Shown piece after piece: positions 10,525 through 23,873 of a stretch of DNA of 46,318 nt. The notes under the pieces were generated by a model that saw only the letters and a list, made by a program, of their open reading frames with translations, ran no database searches and was not told the DNA's origin. Source of the stretch: Escherichia coli (GTDB taxonomy: Bacteria; Pseudomonadota; Gammaproteobacteria; Enterobacterales; Enterobacteriaceae); the NCBI RefSeq assembly GCF_003334315.1, contig NZ_QOWR01000036.1, one strand, 5' to 3'. The stretch's first letter is position 1, and each line of letters begins with the position of its first letter. The position numbers and the translations under genes were made by a program.

Positions 10525-12117
10525 CTATAACCCAGGCGCTTTCCATAACGACGTCGTCAGTCCATGATCAACCAGCCCCAGCTGATCCTGATAAACTGCC
10601 TGCCACTTATCGCGTGAATCCTGATAAAGTTCATGCTTTTCCGGGTCTGGTGTGTGCGTCCGTTCCCAGCGAACCAGGCGTTCTCCGGTTTCTGCCATTG
10701 ATGAAAAAATTCCGGCACCGACGCCAGCTGCAATGGCACATCCTAATGCAGTGGCTTCTTTGACCACCGGAATATTGACGGGTAATCCCGAGACATCAGC
10801 GAGAATTTGACTCCATAATTTCCCTTTTGAACCTCCGCCTGCAAAGACTAACGATGAAGGATGAATATTCGAGAAATCAGCAATTTGCTGCAAGTTACAC
10901 GCTGATACAATCGCCGCATTTTCTTCCAGCGCACGGAACAATGTCGCTTTGTTACATTTATCCGGGTCAATGGACAAGTTAATAAAGGAAGGCGCAGCGT
11001 GATACCAGGTTTTAAAGCGCATTCTGTCGGAGAATATCGGCATTACGCCCCACGACCCAGGCGGCACCCGGCTGGCCATCTCTTCCAGCAGCGTATAGGT
11101 GTCGATGCCTAAACGTTCGGCAATCAGTTTTTCTTCGGCACAGAAAGCATCGCGGAACCAGCGCATGGTGAGTCCGGTAAAAAAGCTTATAGATTCAGCT
11201 TGTACCATGCCAGGAATAACATGAGGATTAACGCGCACGTTCATTTCTGGGTCTGTCACCGGCGCGGCTAAATTTACAACTTGCTGCCAGAATGTGCCGC
11301 CAAGAACCGCGGTTTGTGCCGGACGCACAACGCCTAACCCAAGGCTACCAAGCTGCACGTCGCCTCCTCCAACGACCACCGGAGTGCCTGCCTTCAGACC
11401 GCAGAGTTCCGCCGCTTGTGAACTTACCACGCCCAGCAATGTGCCGGTTTCTTTGACAGGAGAAAGAATATCGGCACGCAGGCCAGCCATATCCAGCAAT
11501 GCAGGTTTCCAGTCACGGGTGGTTAGATCAAGAAGTCCCGTGGTGCCAGCGTTAGAGGGATCCACCGCCAGTTCGCCGCTGAGCATATAGGCCAGCCAGT
11601 CGCTGATCATGGTGATGGTTGATGCCTGACGGTAAATATCGGAACGATGGTGCGCCAGCCAAAGTAATCTGGGGATGGCACTTAAAGCCAGTGTTTGTCC
11701 GGTCGCGCGATAAACTTCGTTTTCAAAGGTATTGTTGTGCAGTTCTTTAAGTTCGCTAACTTCGCGCGCCGCTCTGGCATCCACATTGGCGCAGGCCCAG
11801 ATCGGTGTTCCTTCATTGTTATATAAAACAATGCCTTCACGCATAGAACATGCCGAAACGGCAGCGATATACTCCGGGTCTATGCCGGCGTTGTGCAGCG
11901 CCTGGCGCATACACTCACACGCCAGTTGCCAGTTTTTGTTGAGATCAAATTCCATAGAACCAGGAACGTCCGGTACTGCCAGATGCCGCCACTCCGCCTG
12001 TCCCACTGCTATTTGATTGCCTTCCAGGTCGAATATCACAGCCCGAATACTTCCGGTGCCTGCATCCAGCGCCATCAGGTAGTACTTTGATTCTGAAGGG
12101 GTAAAGAGTCGAGCCAT
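10525..12117 (-). CDS. lsrK: autoinducer-2 kinase LsrK
   Basis: 530 aa, [30 protein letters not shown]...; FGGY-family kinase. Confidence 0.95.
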   Translation of the reverse strand: MARLFTPSESKYYLMALDAGTGSIRAVIFDLEGNQIAVGQAEWRHLAVPDVPGSMEFDLNKNWQLACECMRQALHNAGIDPEYIAAVSACSMREGIVLYNNEGTPIWACANVDARAAREVSELKELHNNTFENEVYRATGQTLALSAIPRLLWLAHHRSDIYRQASTITMISDWLAYMLSGELAVDPSNAGTTGLLDLTTRDWKPALLDMAGLRADILSPVKETGTLLGVVSSQAAELCGLKAGTPVVVGGGDVQLGSLGLGVVRPAQTAVLGGTFWQQVVNLAAPVTDPEMNVRVNPHVIPGMVQAESISFFTGLTMRWFRDAFCAEEKLIAERLGIDTYTLLEEMASRVPPGSWGVMPIFSDRMRFKTWYHAAPSFINLSIDPDKCNKATLFRALEENAAIVSACNLQQIADFSNIHPSSLVFAGGGSKGKLWSQILADVSGLPVNIPVVKEATALGCAIAAGVGAGIFSSMAETGERLVRWERTHTPDPEKHELYQDSRDKWQAVYQDQLGLVDHGLTTSLWKAPGL

Positions 12118-12195
12118 TAGATTATCCTCGGCTTATGCGTTCTGTCTGTTCCTCTATACGTTCTCCATCATTCCCGGTAATAAGGTCATGCAAAT

Positions 12196-13149
12196 TTAAC
12201 AACGTAAAATCGCCGCTGCTGTGTCCTGATCGGTAACCAGTGCGTTGATATAACCGCCTTTCATTGCAGCGGCAATTGCTTCGGCTTTATTTTCTCCCCC
12301 TGCCACGCCAACCCGGACGGGTATGGTCTTCAGCGCGCTTAAAGGTAAGCCAATCAGTTCGTTATGTATTTTGATATCCGTGACAACGTCACCTTTTGCA
12401 TCAAAAAAGTAGCCTAAAATGTCGCCAACCGCCCCTTTTCGGCCAATCATTAACTGTTCGCCCTGGCTGATATAACCGGAGCGAATGATCGTCGCGTCGT
12501 CTTGTTGACTCACGGCCCCAATGCCGACAATCGCCACATCCGCTGCTTGCGCGGCTAGCAGAACATCTTTGACGCAATTTTCATTTTTTAGCGTACGGGC
12601 AATGTCAGCGGAGGATGCCCGCAACGGAGCCGGAATAATATTCACACTGCACGCCGCGTTAAGCTGCCCGATACCCGTCATATAAGAACCGACGCCACCG
12701 GAGAGCGTGACCAGGCGAATTTGCTGTGACGAAATAAAACCACTTAAGCGTTGCAGCGTATTCATGGTTGCCTCGCCAAAACCAATCGCCAGCATCTGTT
12801 GTGGTTGAAGTAAACTCATCAACATATGCGCCGCGCCTATCCCTAGTCGCCCGCCGACATCAGCATCCGCAAGCCCAGGGATCACCCGGACATGTTGCAG
12901 CGAAAACTGACGACGTAATTGTGTTTCATATTCCAGACAGCCTTCAAAGCGAGAATTAATCTGCACGCGAATGATGCCGGACTGATGCCCTTTCTCCAGT
13001 AATCGCGACACTTTCAAACGGGTCAGGCCGAGACGATCGCTGATCTCACTCTGGGTCAGCCCGTCGTGGTAGTAAAACCACGCGATCCGCGCGACCTGTT
13101 CTTCTTCACACATTCCCTGTTCTGAAATTACTGAATCGTTGATTGTCAT
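12196..13149 (-). CDS. lsrR: lsr operon repressor LsrR
   Basis: 317 aa, [51 protein letters not shown]... Confidence 0.95.
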   Translation of the reverse strand: MTINDSVISEQGMCEEEQVARIAWFYYHDGLTQSEISDRLGLTRLKVSRLLEKGHQSGIIRVQINSRFEGCLEYETQLRRQFSLQHVRVIPGLADADVGGRLGIGAAHMLMSLLQPQQMLAIGFGEATMNTLQRLSGFISSQQIRLVTLSGGVGSYMTGIGQLNAACSVNIIPAPLRASSADIARTLKNENCVKDVLLAAQAADVAIVGIGAVSQQDDATIIRSGYISQGEQLMIGRKGAVGDILGYFFDAKGDVVTDIKIHNELIGLPLSALKTIPVRVGVAGGENKAEAIAAAMKGGYINALVTDQDTAAAILRC

Positions 13150-13397
13150 AATTCATTCTTCACTTTGAACATATTTAAATCTTTAATGCAATTGTTCAGT
13201 TCTTGCGCATTTATATCTGTGATGGCAACCACAGTTTGACTCTACGAGCATGAACAAACGCAACCGTGAAAATCAAAATAGCATAAATTGTGATCTATTC
13301 GTCGGAAATATGTGCAATGTCCACCTAAGGTTATGAACAAATTAAAAGCAGAAATACATTTGTTCAAAACTCACCTGCAAAACTGAACGGGGGAAAT
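13150..13397. promoter_or_regulatory. divergent lsrR / lsrACDBFG promoter region
   Basis: 248-bp AT-rich intergenic region between divergent lsrR and lsrA; individual LsrR/CRP sites not resolved by eye. Confidence 0.5.
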
Positions 13398-14933
13398 ATG
13401 CAAACGAGTGATACCTGCGCGTTACCGCTACTTTGCGCCCGCTCGGTTTATAAACAGTATTCAGGGGTCAATGTCCTGAAAGGCATCGATTTTACGTTGC
13501 ATCAGGGGGAGGTCCACGCCCTGCTCGGCGGCAATGGTGCCGGTAAATCGACGTTAATGAAGATTATTGCCGGTATTACCCCTGCTGATAGCGGTACGCT
13601 GGAGATTGGAGGCAACAACTACGTCAGATTAACGCCAGTTCATGCTCATCAGCTGGGTATTTATCTCGTTCCCCAGGAACCGCTGCTTTTCCCAAGCCTG
13701 TCGATAAAAGAAAACATCCTGTTTGGGCTGGCAAAAAAACAGCTCTCCATGCAGAAAATGAAGAACTTGCTGGCGGCGCTGGGCTGCCAGTTTGATCTGC
13801 ATAGTCTGGCAGGATCGCTGGATGTCGCCGATCGCCAAATGGTGGAAATCCTCCGCGGGCTGATGCGCGACTCGCGGATTCTGATCCTCGATGAACCTAC
13901 CGCCTCGCTTACCCCTGCGGAAACCGAACGCTTGTTTCGTCGCTTGCAAGAGCTGCTTTCTACTGGCGTGGGTATTGTTTTTATCTCGCATAAGCTGCCG
14001 GAAATTCGCCAGATTGCCGATCGAATTAGCGTGATGCGCGACGGAACCATCGCCTTAAGCGGCAAAACCAGCGAACTGTCTACCGACGACATTATTCAGG
14101 CCATCACTCCAGTGGTACGGGAAAAATCGCTCTCTGCCAGCCAAAAATTATGGCTGGAGTTACCTGGTAACCGCCCACAACATGTCGCCGGAACGCCGGT
14201 GCTGACACTGGAAAATCTGACCGGCGAAGGTTTCAGGAATGTCAGCATGACGCTCAATGCCGGAGAAATTCTGGGCCTGGCTGGGCTGGTGGGGGCCGGA
14301 CGCACAGAACTGGCCGAGACGCTCTATGGTCTGCGTACTTTGCGTGGCGGACGCATTATGCTGAATGGTAAAGAGATCAATAAATTATCCACTGGAGAAC
14401 GTTTACTGCGCGGTCTGGTTTATCTGCCGGAAGATCGCCAGTCATCCGGACTGAATCTCGATGCTTCGCTGGCCTGGAACGTCTGCGCCCTTACTCATAA
14501 CCTTCGTGGATTCTGGGCGAAAACCGCGAAAGATAATGCCACCCTGGAACGTTATCGTCGGGCGCTGAATATTAAATTTAACCAACCGGAACAAGCTGCA
14601 CGGACATTATCCGGTGGCAACCAGCAAAAAATCCTCATTGCCAAATGCCTGGAAGCTTCGCCGCAAGTATTGATTGTCGATGAGCCGACGCGCGGCGTGG
14701 ATGTCTCGGCCCGTAATGATATCTACCAGCTGTTGCGCAGCATCGCCGCACAAAATGTGGCTGTGCTGCTTATCTCCTCCGACCTGGAAGAGATCGAACT
14801 GATGGCAGATCGTGTGTATGTGATGCATCAGGGCGAAATTACCCACTCTGCACTGACCGGGCGCGATATTAATGTCGAGACTATTATGCGCGTTGCCTTC
14901 GGCGATAGTCAGCGTCAGGAGGCGTCATGCTGA
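13398..14933 (+). CDS. lsrA: AI-2 ABC transporter ATP-binding protein LsrA
   Basis: 511 aa with two ABC ATPase domains ([17 protein letters not shown]). Confidence 0.95.
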   Translation: MQTSDTCALPLLCARSVYKQYSGVNVLKGIDFTLHQGEVHALLGGNGAGKSTLMKIIAGITPADSGTLEIGGNNYVRLTPVHAHQLGIYLVPQEPLLFPSLSIKENILFGLAKKQLSMQKMKNLLAALGCQFDLHSLAGSLDVADRQMVEILRGLMRDSRILILDEPTASLTPAETERLFRRLQELLSTGVGIVFISHKLPEIRQIADRISVMRDGTIALSGKTSELSTDDIIQAITPVVREKSLSASQKLWLELPGNRPQHVAGTPVLTLENLTGEGFRNVSMTLNAGEILGLAGLVGAGRTELAETLYGLRTLRGGRIMLNGKEINKLSTGERLLRGLVYLPEDRQSSGLNLDASLAWNVCALTHNLRGFWAKTAKDNATLERYRRALNIKFNQPEQAARTLSGGNQQKILIAKCLEASPQVLIVDEPTRGVDVSARNDIYQLLRSIAAQNVAVLLISSDLEEIELMADRVYVMHQGEITHSALTGRDINVETIMRVAFGDSQRQEASC

Positions 14934-15955
14934 AGTTTATTCAGAACAACCGTGAAATCACGGCACTGCTGGCGGTGGTGCTGCTGTTTGTATTACCCGG
15001 TTTTCTCGACCGCCAGTATTTAAGTGTGCAAACGCTGACCATGGTTTATAGCAGCGCGCAAATCCTGATCCTGCTGGCAATGGGCGCGACGCTGGTAATG
15101 CTTACGCGCAATATTGATGTTTCAGTGGGTTCGATTACCGGAATGTGCGCGGTGCTGTTGGGGATGTTACTGAACGCAGGATATTCACTACCTGTTGCTT
15201 GTGTCGCGACTTTACTGCTTGGTTTGTTCGCGGGATTTTTCAACGGTGTCCTGGTCGCGTGGCTAAAGATCCCTGCCATTGTTGCCACCCTTGGCACGTT
15301 AGGGTTGTACAGAGGCATCATGTTGCTGTGGACTGGCGGTAAATGGATTGAAGGGTTACCCGCTGAACTGAAACAGCTCTCCGCCCCGCTGCTGCTTGGC
15401 GTTTCAGCAATTGGTTGGTTGACGATAATTCTGGTGGCATTTATGGCCTGGCTGCTGGCGAAGACGGCGTTTGGACGCAGTTTTTATGCCACGGGCGATA
15501 ATTTACAGGGCGCTCGTCAACTGGGCGTTCGTACGGAAGCCATTCGCATTGTGGCATTTTCGTTGAACGGCTGCATGGCGGCACTGGCGGGAATTGTGTT
15601 TGCTTCGCAGATTGGTTTTATCCCCAACCAGACCGGTACCGGGCTGGAGATGAAAGCAATTGCAGCCTGCGTGCTGGGCGGCATTAGTTTGCTCGGCGGT
15701 TCCGGTGCGATCATCGGTGCGGTACTCGGCGCATGGTTCCTGACGCAGATCGATAGCGTACTGGTGCTGTTGCGCATTCCGGCATGGTGGAACGATTTTA
15801 TCGCGGGCATGGTTCTGCTGGCGGTGCTGATGTTTGATGGACGCCTGCGTTGTGCGCTGGAACGTAATATACGGCGGCAAAAATATGCCCGCTTTATGAC
15901 GCCACCGCCATCCGTTAAACCCGCTTCGTCAGGTAAAAAACGGGAGGCCGCATAA
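14927..15955 (+). CDS. lsrC: AI-2 ABC transporter permease LsrC
   Basis: 342 aa polytopic membrane protein; overlaps lsrA by 7 nt. Confidence 0.95.
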   Translation: MLKFIQNNREITALLAVVLLFVLPGFLDRQYLSVQTLTMVYSSAQILILLAMGATLVMLTRNIDVSVGSITGMCAVLLGMLLNAGYSLPVACVATLLLGLFAGFFNGVLVAWLKIPAIVATLGTLGLYRGIMLLWTGGKWIEGLPAELKQLSAPLLLGVSAIGWLTIILVAFMAWLLAKTAFGRSFYATGDNLQGARQLGVRTEAIRIVAFSLNGCMAALAGIVFASQIGFIPNQTGTGLEMKAIAACVLGGISLLGGSGAIIGAVLGAWFLTQIDSVLVLLRIPAWWNDFIAGMVLLAVLMFDGRLRCALERNIRRQKYARFMTPPPSVKPASSGKKREAA

Positions 15956-16947
15956 TGCGTATTCGCTACGGTTGGGAACTGGCTCTTGCCGCACTGCTCG
16001 TTATTGAGATTGTCGCATTTGGTGCAATTAACCCGCGGATGTTAGATCTCAATATGTTGCTGTTCAGCACCAGTGACTTTATCTGCATTGGCATTGTCGC
16101 CCTACCGCTGACGATGGTGATTGTCAGTGGCGGGATCGATATTTCGTTTGGTTCGACCATCGGCCTCTGCGCCATTGCATTGGGCGTACTGTTTCAAAGT
16201 GGTGTGCCGATGCCGCTGGCGATACTCCTGACCTTACTGCTCGGCGCATTGTGCGGGCTGATCAACGCCGGATTAATTATCTATACCAAAGTTAACCCGC
16301 TGGTGATTACGCTTGGCACGCTGTATCTGTTTGCCGGAAGTGCCCTGCTGCTTTCCGGGATGGCCGGAGCGACGGGGTACGAAGGTATTGGTGGATTCCC
16401 GATGGCGTTTACAGATTTCGCTAACCTCGATGTGCTGGGACTCCCCGTTCCGCTGATTATCTTTCTGATATGTCTCCTCGTTTTCTGGCTCTGGCTGCAT
16501 AAAACCCATGCCGGACGTAATGTGTTTTTGATTGGGCAAAGCCCGCGCGTGGCGCTTTATAGCGCGATTCCTGTTAACCGTACCTTATGTGCGCTCTATG
16601 CCATGACGGGGCTGGCGTCTGCGGTCGCCGCTGTGCTGCTGGTGTCGTATTTTGGTTCAGCACGTTCCGATCTCGGTGCGTCATTTCTGATGCCCGCCAT
16701 CACCGCCGTGGTGCTTGGCGGGGCCAATATTTATGGTGGTTCCGGTTCCATTATCGGCACCGCCATTGCGGTTTTATTAGTGGGATATTTGCAACAAGGT
16801 TTGCAAATGGCAGGAGTGCCAAATCAGGTGTCCAGCGCCCTTTCCGGTGCGCTACTTATCGTCGTTGTCGTAGGTCGTTCCGTTAGCCTGCATCGCCAGC
16901 AAATTAAAGAGTGGCTGGCGCGTCGGGCCAATAACCCATTGCCATAA
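15955..16947 (+). CDS. lsrD: AI-2 ABC transporter permease LsrD
   Basis: 330 aa membrane protein; start overlaps lsrC stop. Confidence 0.95.
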   Translation: MRIRYGWELALAALLVIEIVAFGAINPRMLDLNMLLFSTSDFICIGIVALPLTMVIVSGGIDISFGSTIGLCAIALGVLFQSGVPMPLAILLTLLLGALCGLINAGLIIYTKVNPLVITLGTLYLFAGSALLLSGMAGATGYEGIGGFPMAFTDFANLDVLGLPVPLIIFLICLLVFWLWLHKTHAGRNVFLIGQSPRVALYSAIPVNRTLCALYAMTGLASAVAAVLLVSYFGSARSDLGASFLMPAITAVVLGGANIYGGSGSIIGTAIAVLLVGYLQQGLQMAGVPNQVSSALSGALLIVVVVGRSVSLHRQQIKEWLARRANNPLP

Positions 16948-16958
16948 AGGATATCTTC

Positions 16959-17981
16959 ATGACACTTCATCGCTTTAAGAAAATCGCCTTACTTAGCGCT
17001 CTTGGCATTGCCGCAATCTCTATGAATGTGCAGGCCGCAGAGCGTATTGCATTTATTCCCAAACTGGTTGGCGTGGGATTTTTTACCAGCGGTGGCAACG
17101 GCGCACAACAAGCGGGTAAAGAGCTGGGCGTTGATGTGACCTACGACGGGCCGACAGAACCCAGTGTTTCTGGTCAGGTACAGTTGATTAATAACTTCGT
17201 CAATCAAGGTTATAACGCCATTATCGTTTCTGCGGTTTCGCCTGATGGCTTGTGTCCGGCACTGAAACGCGCCATGCAACGTGGTGTGAGAGTGCTGACC
17301 TGGGACTCTGATACTAAACCGGAGTGCCGCTCTTACTACATTAATCAGGGAACGCCCGCCCAGTTGGGAGGTATGTTGGTGGATATGGCTGCGCGTCAGG
17401 TGAATAAAGACAAAGCCAAAGTCGCGTTTTTCTACTCAAGCCCCACCGTTACGGACCAAAACCAGTGGGTGAAAGAAGCGAAAGCGAAAATCGCCAAAGA
17501 GCATCCAGGCTGGGAAATTGTCACTACGCAGTTTGGCTATAACGATGCCACTAAATCGTTACAAACCGCAGAAGGAATATTAAAAGCGTATAGCGATCTC
17601 GACGCCATTATCGCCCCCGATGCCAACGCCCTGCCCGCTGCCGCACAAGCCGCAGAAAACTTGAAAAATGACAAAGTAGCGATTGTCGGATTCAGTACGC
17701 CAAACGTGATGCGTCCATATGTGGAACGCGGCACGGTGAAAGAATTTGGTCTGTGGGATGTGGTTCAGCAAGGCAAAATTTCAGTGTATGTCGCGGATGC
17801 ATTATTGAAAAAAGGATCAATGAAAACGGGCGACAAGCTGGATATCCAGGGCGTAGGTCAGGTTGAAGTCTCGCCAAATAGCGTTCAGGGCTATGACTAC
17901 GAAGCGGATGGTAATGGCATCGTACTGTTACCGGAGCGCGTGATATTCAACAAAGAGAATATCGGCAAATACGATTTCTGA
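16959..17981 (+). CDS. lsrB: periplasmic AI-2 binding protein LsrB
   Basis: 340 aa with N-terminal signal peptide [26 protein letters not shown]. Confidence 0.95.
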   Translation: MTLHRFKKIALLSALGIAAISMNVQAAERIAFIPKLVGVGFFTSGGNGAQQAGKELGVDVTYDGPTEPSVSGQVQLINNFVNQGYNAIIVSAVSPDGLCPALKRAMQRGVRVLTWDSDTKPECRSYYINQGTPAQLGGMLVDMAARQVNKDKAKVAFFYSSPTVTDQNQWVKEAKAKIAKEHPGWEIVTTQFGYNDATKSLQTAEGILKAYSDLDAIIAPDANALPAAAQAAENLKNDKVAIVGFSTPNVMRPYVERGTVKEFGLWDVVQQGKISVYVADALLKKGSMKTGDKLDIQGVGQVEVSPNSVQGYDYEADGNGIVLLPERVIFNKENIGKYDF

Positions 17982-18007
17982 TGTGCATTACTTAACCGGA
18001 GTAAGTT

Positions 18008-18883
18008 ATGGCAGATTTAGACGATATTAAAGATGGTAAAGATTTTCGTACCGATCAACCGCAACAAAATATCCCTTTTACCCTGAAAGGTTGCGGTGCG
18101 CTGGATTGGGGAATGCAGTCACGCTTATCGCGGATATTTAATCCGAAAACGGGTAATACCGTGATGCTGGCCTTTGATCATGGTTATTTTCAGGGGCCGA
18201 CTACCGGACTTGAACGCATTGATATAAATATCGCCCCGCTGTTTGAACATGCCGATGTATTAATGTGTACGCGCGGCATTTTGCGCAGCGTAGTTCCCCC
18301 AGCGACCAATAAGCCGGTGGTACTGAGGGCGTCAGGTGCGAACTCTATTCTGGCGGAATTAAGTAATGAAGCCGTGGCGTTATCGATGGATGATGCCGTG
18401 CGCCTGAACAGTTGCGCGGTGGCGGCGCAGGTTTATATCGGCAGCGAATATGAACATCAGTCGATCAAAAATATTATTCAGCTGGTTGATGCCGGAATGA
18501 AAGTGGGAATGCCGACCATGGCCGTGACTGGCGTGGGCAAAGATATGGTGCGCGATCAGCGTTATTTCTCGCTCGCGACTCGAATCGCCGCTGAAATGGG
18601 GGCGCAAATTATCAAAACCTATTATGTCGAAAAAGGTTTTGAACGGATTGTTGCCGGATGTCCGGTACCCATTGTTATTGCTGGCGGTAAAAAATTACCG
18701 GAGCGCGAGGCGCTGGAAATGTGCTGGCAGGCTATCGATCAGGGCGCTTCTGGTGTGGATATGGGGCGTAATATTTTCCAGTCTGACCATCCGGTGGCGA
18801 TGATGAAAGCCGTACAGGCGGTGGTTCACCATAACGAAACGGCTGATCGAGCATATGAACTCTATCTGAGTGAAAAACAGTAA
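18008..18883 (+). CDS. lsrF: LsrF, class I aldolase-fold thiolase of the AI-2 pathway
   Basis: 291 aa, [28 protein letters not shown]... Confidence 0.95.
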   Translation: MADLDDIKDGKDFRTDQPQQNIPFTLKGCGALDWGMQSRLSRIFNPKTGNTVMLAFDHGYFQGPTTGLERIDINIAPLFEHADVLMCTRGILRSVVPPATNKPVVLRASGANSILAELSNEAVALSMDDAVRLNSCAVAAQVYIGSEYEHQSIKNIIQLVDAGMKVGMPTMAVTGVGKDMVRDQRYFSLATRIAAEMGAQIIKTYYVEKGFERIVAGCPVPIVIAGGKKLPEREALEMCWQAIDQGASGVDMGRNIFQSDHPVAMMKAVQAVVHHNETADRAYELYLSEKQ

Positions 18884-18906
18884 CTGCGGATCTAAGGAGA
18901 AGAATT

Positions 18907-19197
18907 ATGCACGTCACACTGGTTGAAATTAACGTTCATGAAGACAAGGTTGACGAGTTTATCGAAGTTTTTCGCCAGAACCACCTGGGCTCTGTACAGG
19001 AAGAAGGCAATTTGCGCTTCGATGTCTTACAGGACCCGGAAGTGAATTCGCGCTTTTATATCTACGAAGCCTATAAAGATGAAGACGCAGTGGCGTTCCA
19101 TAAAACCACGCCCCACTACAAAACCTGTGTCGCGAAACTGGAATCTTTAATGACCGGGCCGCGTAAAAAACGTCTGTTCAATGGTTTGATGCCGTGA
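18907..19197 (+). CDS. lsrG: LsrG, phospho-AI-2 isomerase
   Basis: 96 aa, [40 protein letters not shown]... Confidence 0.95.
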   Translation: MHVTLVEINVHEDKVDEFIEVFRQNHLGSVQEEGNLRFDVLQDPEVNSRFYIYEAYKDEDAVAFHKTTPHYKTCVAKLESLMTGPRKKRLFNGLMP

Positions 19198-19253
19198 GGC
19201 GAATTTATCAATTTTATCTACAATTGGGGTAACGCGCTGACGGGAGTAAAAAA

Positions 19254-20012
19254 ATGTCTGACTGGAACCCCTCTTTATATTTGCACTTTTCCGCTGAACG
19301 ATCGCGTCCGGCGGTGGAGCTGCTTGCCAGAGTGCCGCTGGAAAATGTCGAATATGTTGCCGATCTTGGCTGTGGCCCAGGTAACAGCACCGCCCTTCTA
19401 CAACAACGTTGGCCTGCGGCCAGGATAACAGGCATCGACTCGTCTCCGGCGATGATTGCTGAAGCGCGCAGTGCTTTGCCAGACTGCCAGTTCGTGGAAG
19501 CAGACATCCGCAACTGGCAACCGGTACAGGCACTCGATCTGATTTTTGCTAATGCCTCACTGCAATGGCTGCCCGACCACTACGAATTGTTTCCTCATCT
19601 GGTTTCTTTACTTAATCCGCAGGGCGTGCTGGCAGTACAGATGCCAGATAACTGGCTGGAGCCGACCCATGTGCTCATGCGCGAAGTTGCCTGGGAACAA
19701 AACTACCCGGATCGCGGGCGTGAGCCGTTGGCTGGCGTTCATGCTTACTACGATATTTTGAGCGAAGCCGGATGTGAGGTCGATATCTGGCGAACCACCT
19801 ACTATCACCAGATGCCGTCACACCAGGCGATTATCGATTGGGTGACTGCCACTGGATTACGTCCGTGGTTACAGGATCTGACCGAGAGCGAACAGCAGCT
19901 TTTTCTTAAGCGCTACCATCAGATGCTGGAAGAGCAGTATCCACTGCAAGAGAACGGACAGATACTGCTGGCATTTCCGCGTCTGTTTATTGTTGCCCGG
20001 CGTATGGAGTAA
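19254..20012 (+). CDS. tam: trans-aconitate 2-methyltransferase
   Basis: 252 aa with SAM-binding motif [12 protein letters not shown]. Confidence 0.95.
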
Positions 20013-20015
20013 ATA

Positions 20016-20930
20016 TCACGTCAGCTGGTAATGACGATCGGGAAGAATTTTTGCTGGAATTTCGGCTTCATCGTTCATCTGTAACAGGTCAATTTCAATA
20101 GCGTTGCAGATGGCATCCAGTGGTAAATCATTGTTTTCAGTACCGAACGGATCTTCCAGTTCTTCCGCCAGACAATCCAGCGAAATAAAAGTGTAGGAAA
20201 TCAGCACAGAGATAAAAGGCGTCATGTAATGCAGGTCCACGACCAGCGCGAACGGCAGCATGATACAAAACAGATAAACGGTACGATGCAAAATCAGGGT
20301 GTAGGCAAAGGGAATTGGCGTATAGGCAATGCGCTCGCATCCTGCCAGGACCGCTGAAATATCATTAAGCCGATCGTTGAGGCTAATAAACAGGATATCT
20401 GAAAGCTGTCCATTGCGGCGCTGAACCGCCAACCATTCTCCCATTATTAACAAGATACGGTTAGCTGGAGAGTTCGAAGCCAGTACACGCTGAAGATCTT
20501 CAGTCTTGAGATAATGAGCCAGCACTTCCGCCTGTGGCTGTTTGCGTAATGTCATGCGTAAACAGTGGGCGAAAGCGATTTGCAGCCGGGCAAACTCCCT
20601 TACACTTGCCGAACCCGGCAATGTCGTTTTTACCTCGCGCAGTAACGACCGTGAGGCAATCATCAACTGCCCCCAAAGTTTTCGCGCTTCAACGTAACGG
20701 GCGTACCCGGCATTATTACGAAAACCAAGAAAAATGGCGATGGCGACACCGAGAATGCTGAACGGTGCGAGGGTGAATTTGATGCCCAGATGCGTGTACC
20801 AGGGCAGCATGAAAATAACAGCGATAGAAAAGAGAAAATTGAGTAGTAAGCGCGAGGATATCTTGGATAATACTGAGCCGTGCCAGACAAAAATACGGCG
20901 CAGCCAGTGTTGTTGTGGACGAACAATCAT
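20016..20930 (-). CDS. yneE: bestrophin-family membrane protein YneE (304 aa)
   Basis: Translation from MIVRPQQHWLRRIFVWHG...; start is 17 codons inside the track ORF. Confidence 0.9.
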   Translation of the reverse strand: MIVRPQQHWLRRIFVWHGSVLSKISSRLLLNFLFSIAVIFMLPWYTHLGIKFTLAPFSILGVAIAIFLGFRNNAGYARYVEARKLWGQLMIASRSLLREVKTTLPGSASVREFARLQIAFAHCLRMTLRKQPQAEVLAHYLKTEDLQRVLASNSPANRILLIMGEWLAVQRRNGQLSDILFISLNDRLNDISAVLAGCERIAYTPIPFAYTLILHRTVYLFCIMLPFALVVDLHYMTPFISVLISYTFISLDCLAEELEDPFGTENNDLPLDAICNAIEIDLLQMNDEAEIPAKILPDRHYQLT

Positions 20931-21094
20931 GGTTATCTTCAGGCGTGGAAAAGTCGCCCTATTAAACGTGATTACGATCACATTCTCAAGACGCTACTTA
21001 CAAATTACCTACAAGCTTACAACATTAGCAGGCGCTGCATGTGGCACCTGTTAATGATAAAGGCATATAGGATGTTGTAACTAATATAGTGAAA

Positions 21095-21125
21095 TAAGAA
21101 ACCCGGTCGAAACCGGGTTCAGAAG
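21095..21125 (-). terminator. hairpin terminator downstream of uxaB
   Basis: Inverted repeat aacccggt-cgaa-accgggtt at 21100..21119, followed on the minus strand by a T-rich run. Confidence 0.55.
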
Positions 21126-21136
21126 TAACGGTGTTA

Positions 21137-22588
21137 TTAGCACAACGGACGTACAGCTTCGCGCATCCCTTTTTCAAGAATCGCATCCAGGTCATTAGCA
21201 ACCTGCTCGACCAGACCAGGCACTTGCGTCAGGTCCTGCTCCCAGTGGTCTTTTTCTGCCAAAACAATCGCTACCAGTTCCTGGGTGCCGATAACACGGT
21301 CACGATGCTGGCTCCAGAGTTGCTGATAACGTTCCAGCCAGTGTGCATCGTCCTGTACCGGATATGTTTCGCCGTTACGCTCACCACGATAGAACGCAAT
21401 CAATGCCGCTAATGCGAAAGTAAGGCGCGCCGGAAGTGTGCCGTTTGCCTTCTGCCCTGCCAGCAGCTGTGGCAGGATGCGGGTGCGGAACTTGGTCATA
21501 CCGTTGAGCGCGATAGACAGCAGCTGATGCTTAATGTACGGGTTACGGAAACGCCCGGTGACTGCACTGGCGAAAGATTCCAGTTCATCACGAGGCAAAT
21601 CCAGTACCGGAATAATTTCTTCGTAGATAGCTTTTTCAACGAATGCGCAAATTTCAGCATCGTTCATCGCTTCACCTACGGTATCCAGCCCTGCCTGGAA
21701 CGCCACCGGCACCAGCGCGGTGTGCGCACCGTTGAGGATTGCCACTTTGCGTTCTTTGTACGGTTTAATATCGTCAACAATCAGCACGTTGAGCGGATAT
21801 TTGTCCAGACGCAGTTCAGTCGCTAAGGATTTCGGTCCCTGAATCACAAACAGGTAAAAGTGTTCAGCGGTGTCGAGAAAACCATCGTGATAACCCAGTT
21901 CTTCTTCCAGTTTAGCCACTTCATCGCGCGGATAACCGGTAACGATACGGTCCACCAGCGTAGAACAGAAGCTGTTAGCCTGATCCAGCCATTGAATAAA
22001 TGCTTCTGGCAGTGCCCACTCTTGCGCATAGCGCAGCACCAGTTCACGCAACGCGTCGCCATTGTAGTCAATCAACTCACACGGAATGATGATCCAACCT
22101 TTATCCAGCGCACCGTTGAAATGGCTAAAGCGTTCGAACAGCAGACGGGTCAGTTTTGCCGGATAGCTTACCGCTGGCGCGTCATCGAATTTATCGCCCG
22201 CATGGTAGCTGATACCCGCTTCGGTGGTGTTAGAGAAAACAAAGCGCATTTCCGGGTTGTGCGCCAGTTTCAGGAATTCATCGTATTCACTGTAGACGCT
22301 GATTTCACGATTAACCGAGCGAATCAGACGCGCGTCGCTGACCGCTTCCCCCTTCTCATTCAGGCCACGGATAATGGTGGTGTACAGACCATCCTGCGTG
22401 CTCAGTGACGGCGGGAATGAAGTTTCAATCGGACGAACAACGACCACGCCAGAATTCAGATCGGTGTGCTCATTCAGGAGATCGATTTGCCAGTCAACAA
22501 AGGCGCGCAGGAAGTTACCTTCACCAAACTGAATGATACGTTCTGGATACTGTGCACCGGGAAAATCGCGACGATTTAGTGTTTTCAC
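21137..22588 (-). CDS. uxaB: altronate oxidoreductase (tagaturonate reductase)
   Basis: 483 aa, [38 protein letters not shown]... Confidence 0.95.
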   Translation of the reverse strand: MKTLNRRDFPGAQYPERIIQFGEGNFLRAFVDWQIDLLNEHTDLNSGVVVVRPIETSFPPSLSTQDGLYTTIIRGLNEKGEAVSDARLIRSVNREISVYSEYDEFLKLAHNPEMRFVFSNTTEAGISYHAGDKFDDAPAVSYPAKLTRLLFERFSHFNGALDKGWIIIPCELIDYNGDALRELVLRYAQEWALPEAFIQWLDQANSFCSTLVDRIVTGYPRDEVAKLEEELGYHDGFLDTAEHFYLFVIQGPKSLATELRLDKYPLNVLIVDDIKPYKERKVAILNGAHTALVPVAFQAGLDTVGEAMNDAEICAFVEKAIYEEIIPVLDLPRDELESFASAVTGRFRNPYIKHQLLSIALNGMTKFRTRILPQLLAGQKANGTLPARLTFALAALIAFYRGERNGETYPVQDDAHWLERYQQLWSQHRDRVIGTQELVAIVLAEKDHWEQDLTQVPGLVEQVANDLDAILEKGMREAVRPLC

Positions 22589-22814
22589 AATGGGTTCCCT
22601 TCTGATTAGTCATACAACCTGTTTGAATTGGTACGACAGGTTAGCAAACTTTAATACGCCGAACCCCTGTTTTGATCAACTCCTGATGATTAATGAGCAG
22701 TTTTATGAGAAAAGTGTGGCGCGGATCATGGTTTAATCGAGGAAAAACGCCTTTTCCTGGATCATAAAGTGGTAGAACACATTGCATTCAAATCGCGCGT
22801 AATGAATAAAGATG

Positions 22815-23762
22815 TCAGACAACTTCCTCACCGTAACGCATAGTGCTGGTACGGTTGCGCCCATCTTTCTTCGAGCGATACAGACACGTATCGGCTTCGA
22901 CCATCAATTTATTAAAGTCATCGGTCAGCGTTCGGTACGATGCGCGACCACTACCGACGCCAATACTTACCGTGAGATAAAGCGTTTTTTGTTGCCAGGT
23001 GAATGGTTGCAGTTCAACGCCTTTACGGATTTTTTCCGCCATTAGCAGACCATCGACAGGATTCACCGACGGCACTGCAACAGCAAATTCTTCGCCGCCC
23101 ATTCGCGCCACCAGCCCCTTATCACCGACAATCTTCTGAATATGCCGGGCAAACACGCTTAACACTTTATCGCCACATTCATGTCCATAGTTATCGTTAA
23201 TGCTTTTGAAATAGTCGATATCAAGCAGCATGACAGTCAGATGTTGTGTCTGTTTCAGCGATGGACTTTTCAGCGCCTCATAAAGACCGGACCGTGAGTA
23301 AACCTGAGTCAGAAAATCAAAGTCGGCTCGCAGCGCAACTTGCTTCATTAGCGAATTGATCGCTGCCACGCTAAAAGAAACCATAATTGGGCATATCGCC
23401 ATCGTGGCAATACCGAGACGTGCGGAGAACATTTGCGGAATGGAGAACGGCGAACCGACCGAGATATCAATCACCGAATTTGCCACCAGTACGATTTCCA
23501 CCGCACCGGTGACAAAGGTCAACAGACATGTTACCTGCGGCGTATAGCGCACTGCACACCAGATTAATGCAGGCAGCGGGAACGCCAGACTCCCCGCTCC
23601 GCCAATGACTACCGAGGCAATAACCGACACAATAAGCGCGATGGCGGGCATCATCTGTTCTGCTTTAAAGCGCGGCAGCACTCCAGGAATAGCCAACGTC
23701 AGCATACAAGGCACGATCAACACGCCCGTTGAGAATTGCTCACTGAACCAGTCCGCAAGCAA
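22815..23762 (-). CDS. dgcF: membrane-anchored GGDEF diguanylate cyclase DgcF (YneF)
   Basis: 315 aa; N-terminal transmembrane segments and a GGDEF domain with canonical motif (ARMGGEEFAVAV). Confidence 0.9.
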   Translation of the reverse strand: MLADWFSEQFSTGVLIVPCMLTLAIPGVLPRFKAEQMMPAIALIVSVIASVVIGGAGSLAFPLPALIWCAVRYTPQVTCLLTFVTGAVEIVLVANSVIDISVGSPFSIPQMFSARLGIATMAICPIMVSFSVAAINSLMKQVALRADFDFLTQVYSRSGLYEALKSPSLKQTQHLTVMLLDIDYFKSINDNYGHECGDKVLSVFARHIQKIVGDKGLVARMGGEEFAVAVPSVNPVDGLLMAEKIRKGVELQPFTWQQKTLYLTVSIGVGSGRASYRTLTDDFNKLMVEADTCLYRSKKDGRNRTSTMRYGEEVV

Positions 23763-23873
23763 AGGCCAGAAATCCAGACTATCAATACTGACCGAACCAA
23801 GATAGCATGTTCGCTGACAGCGGCGGCAAATAAAGGTACCCTGGGAATGCTATTTTGTCGTTTTCCGCAATTC

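Noticed and set aside
13629-14092. Antisense ORFs within lsrA
   Set aside because: Fully embedded on the opposite strand of a well-supported ABC ATPase gene.
21860-22408. 182-aa plus-strand ORF inside uxaB
   Set aside because: Antisense to uxaB, with no independent signals.
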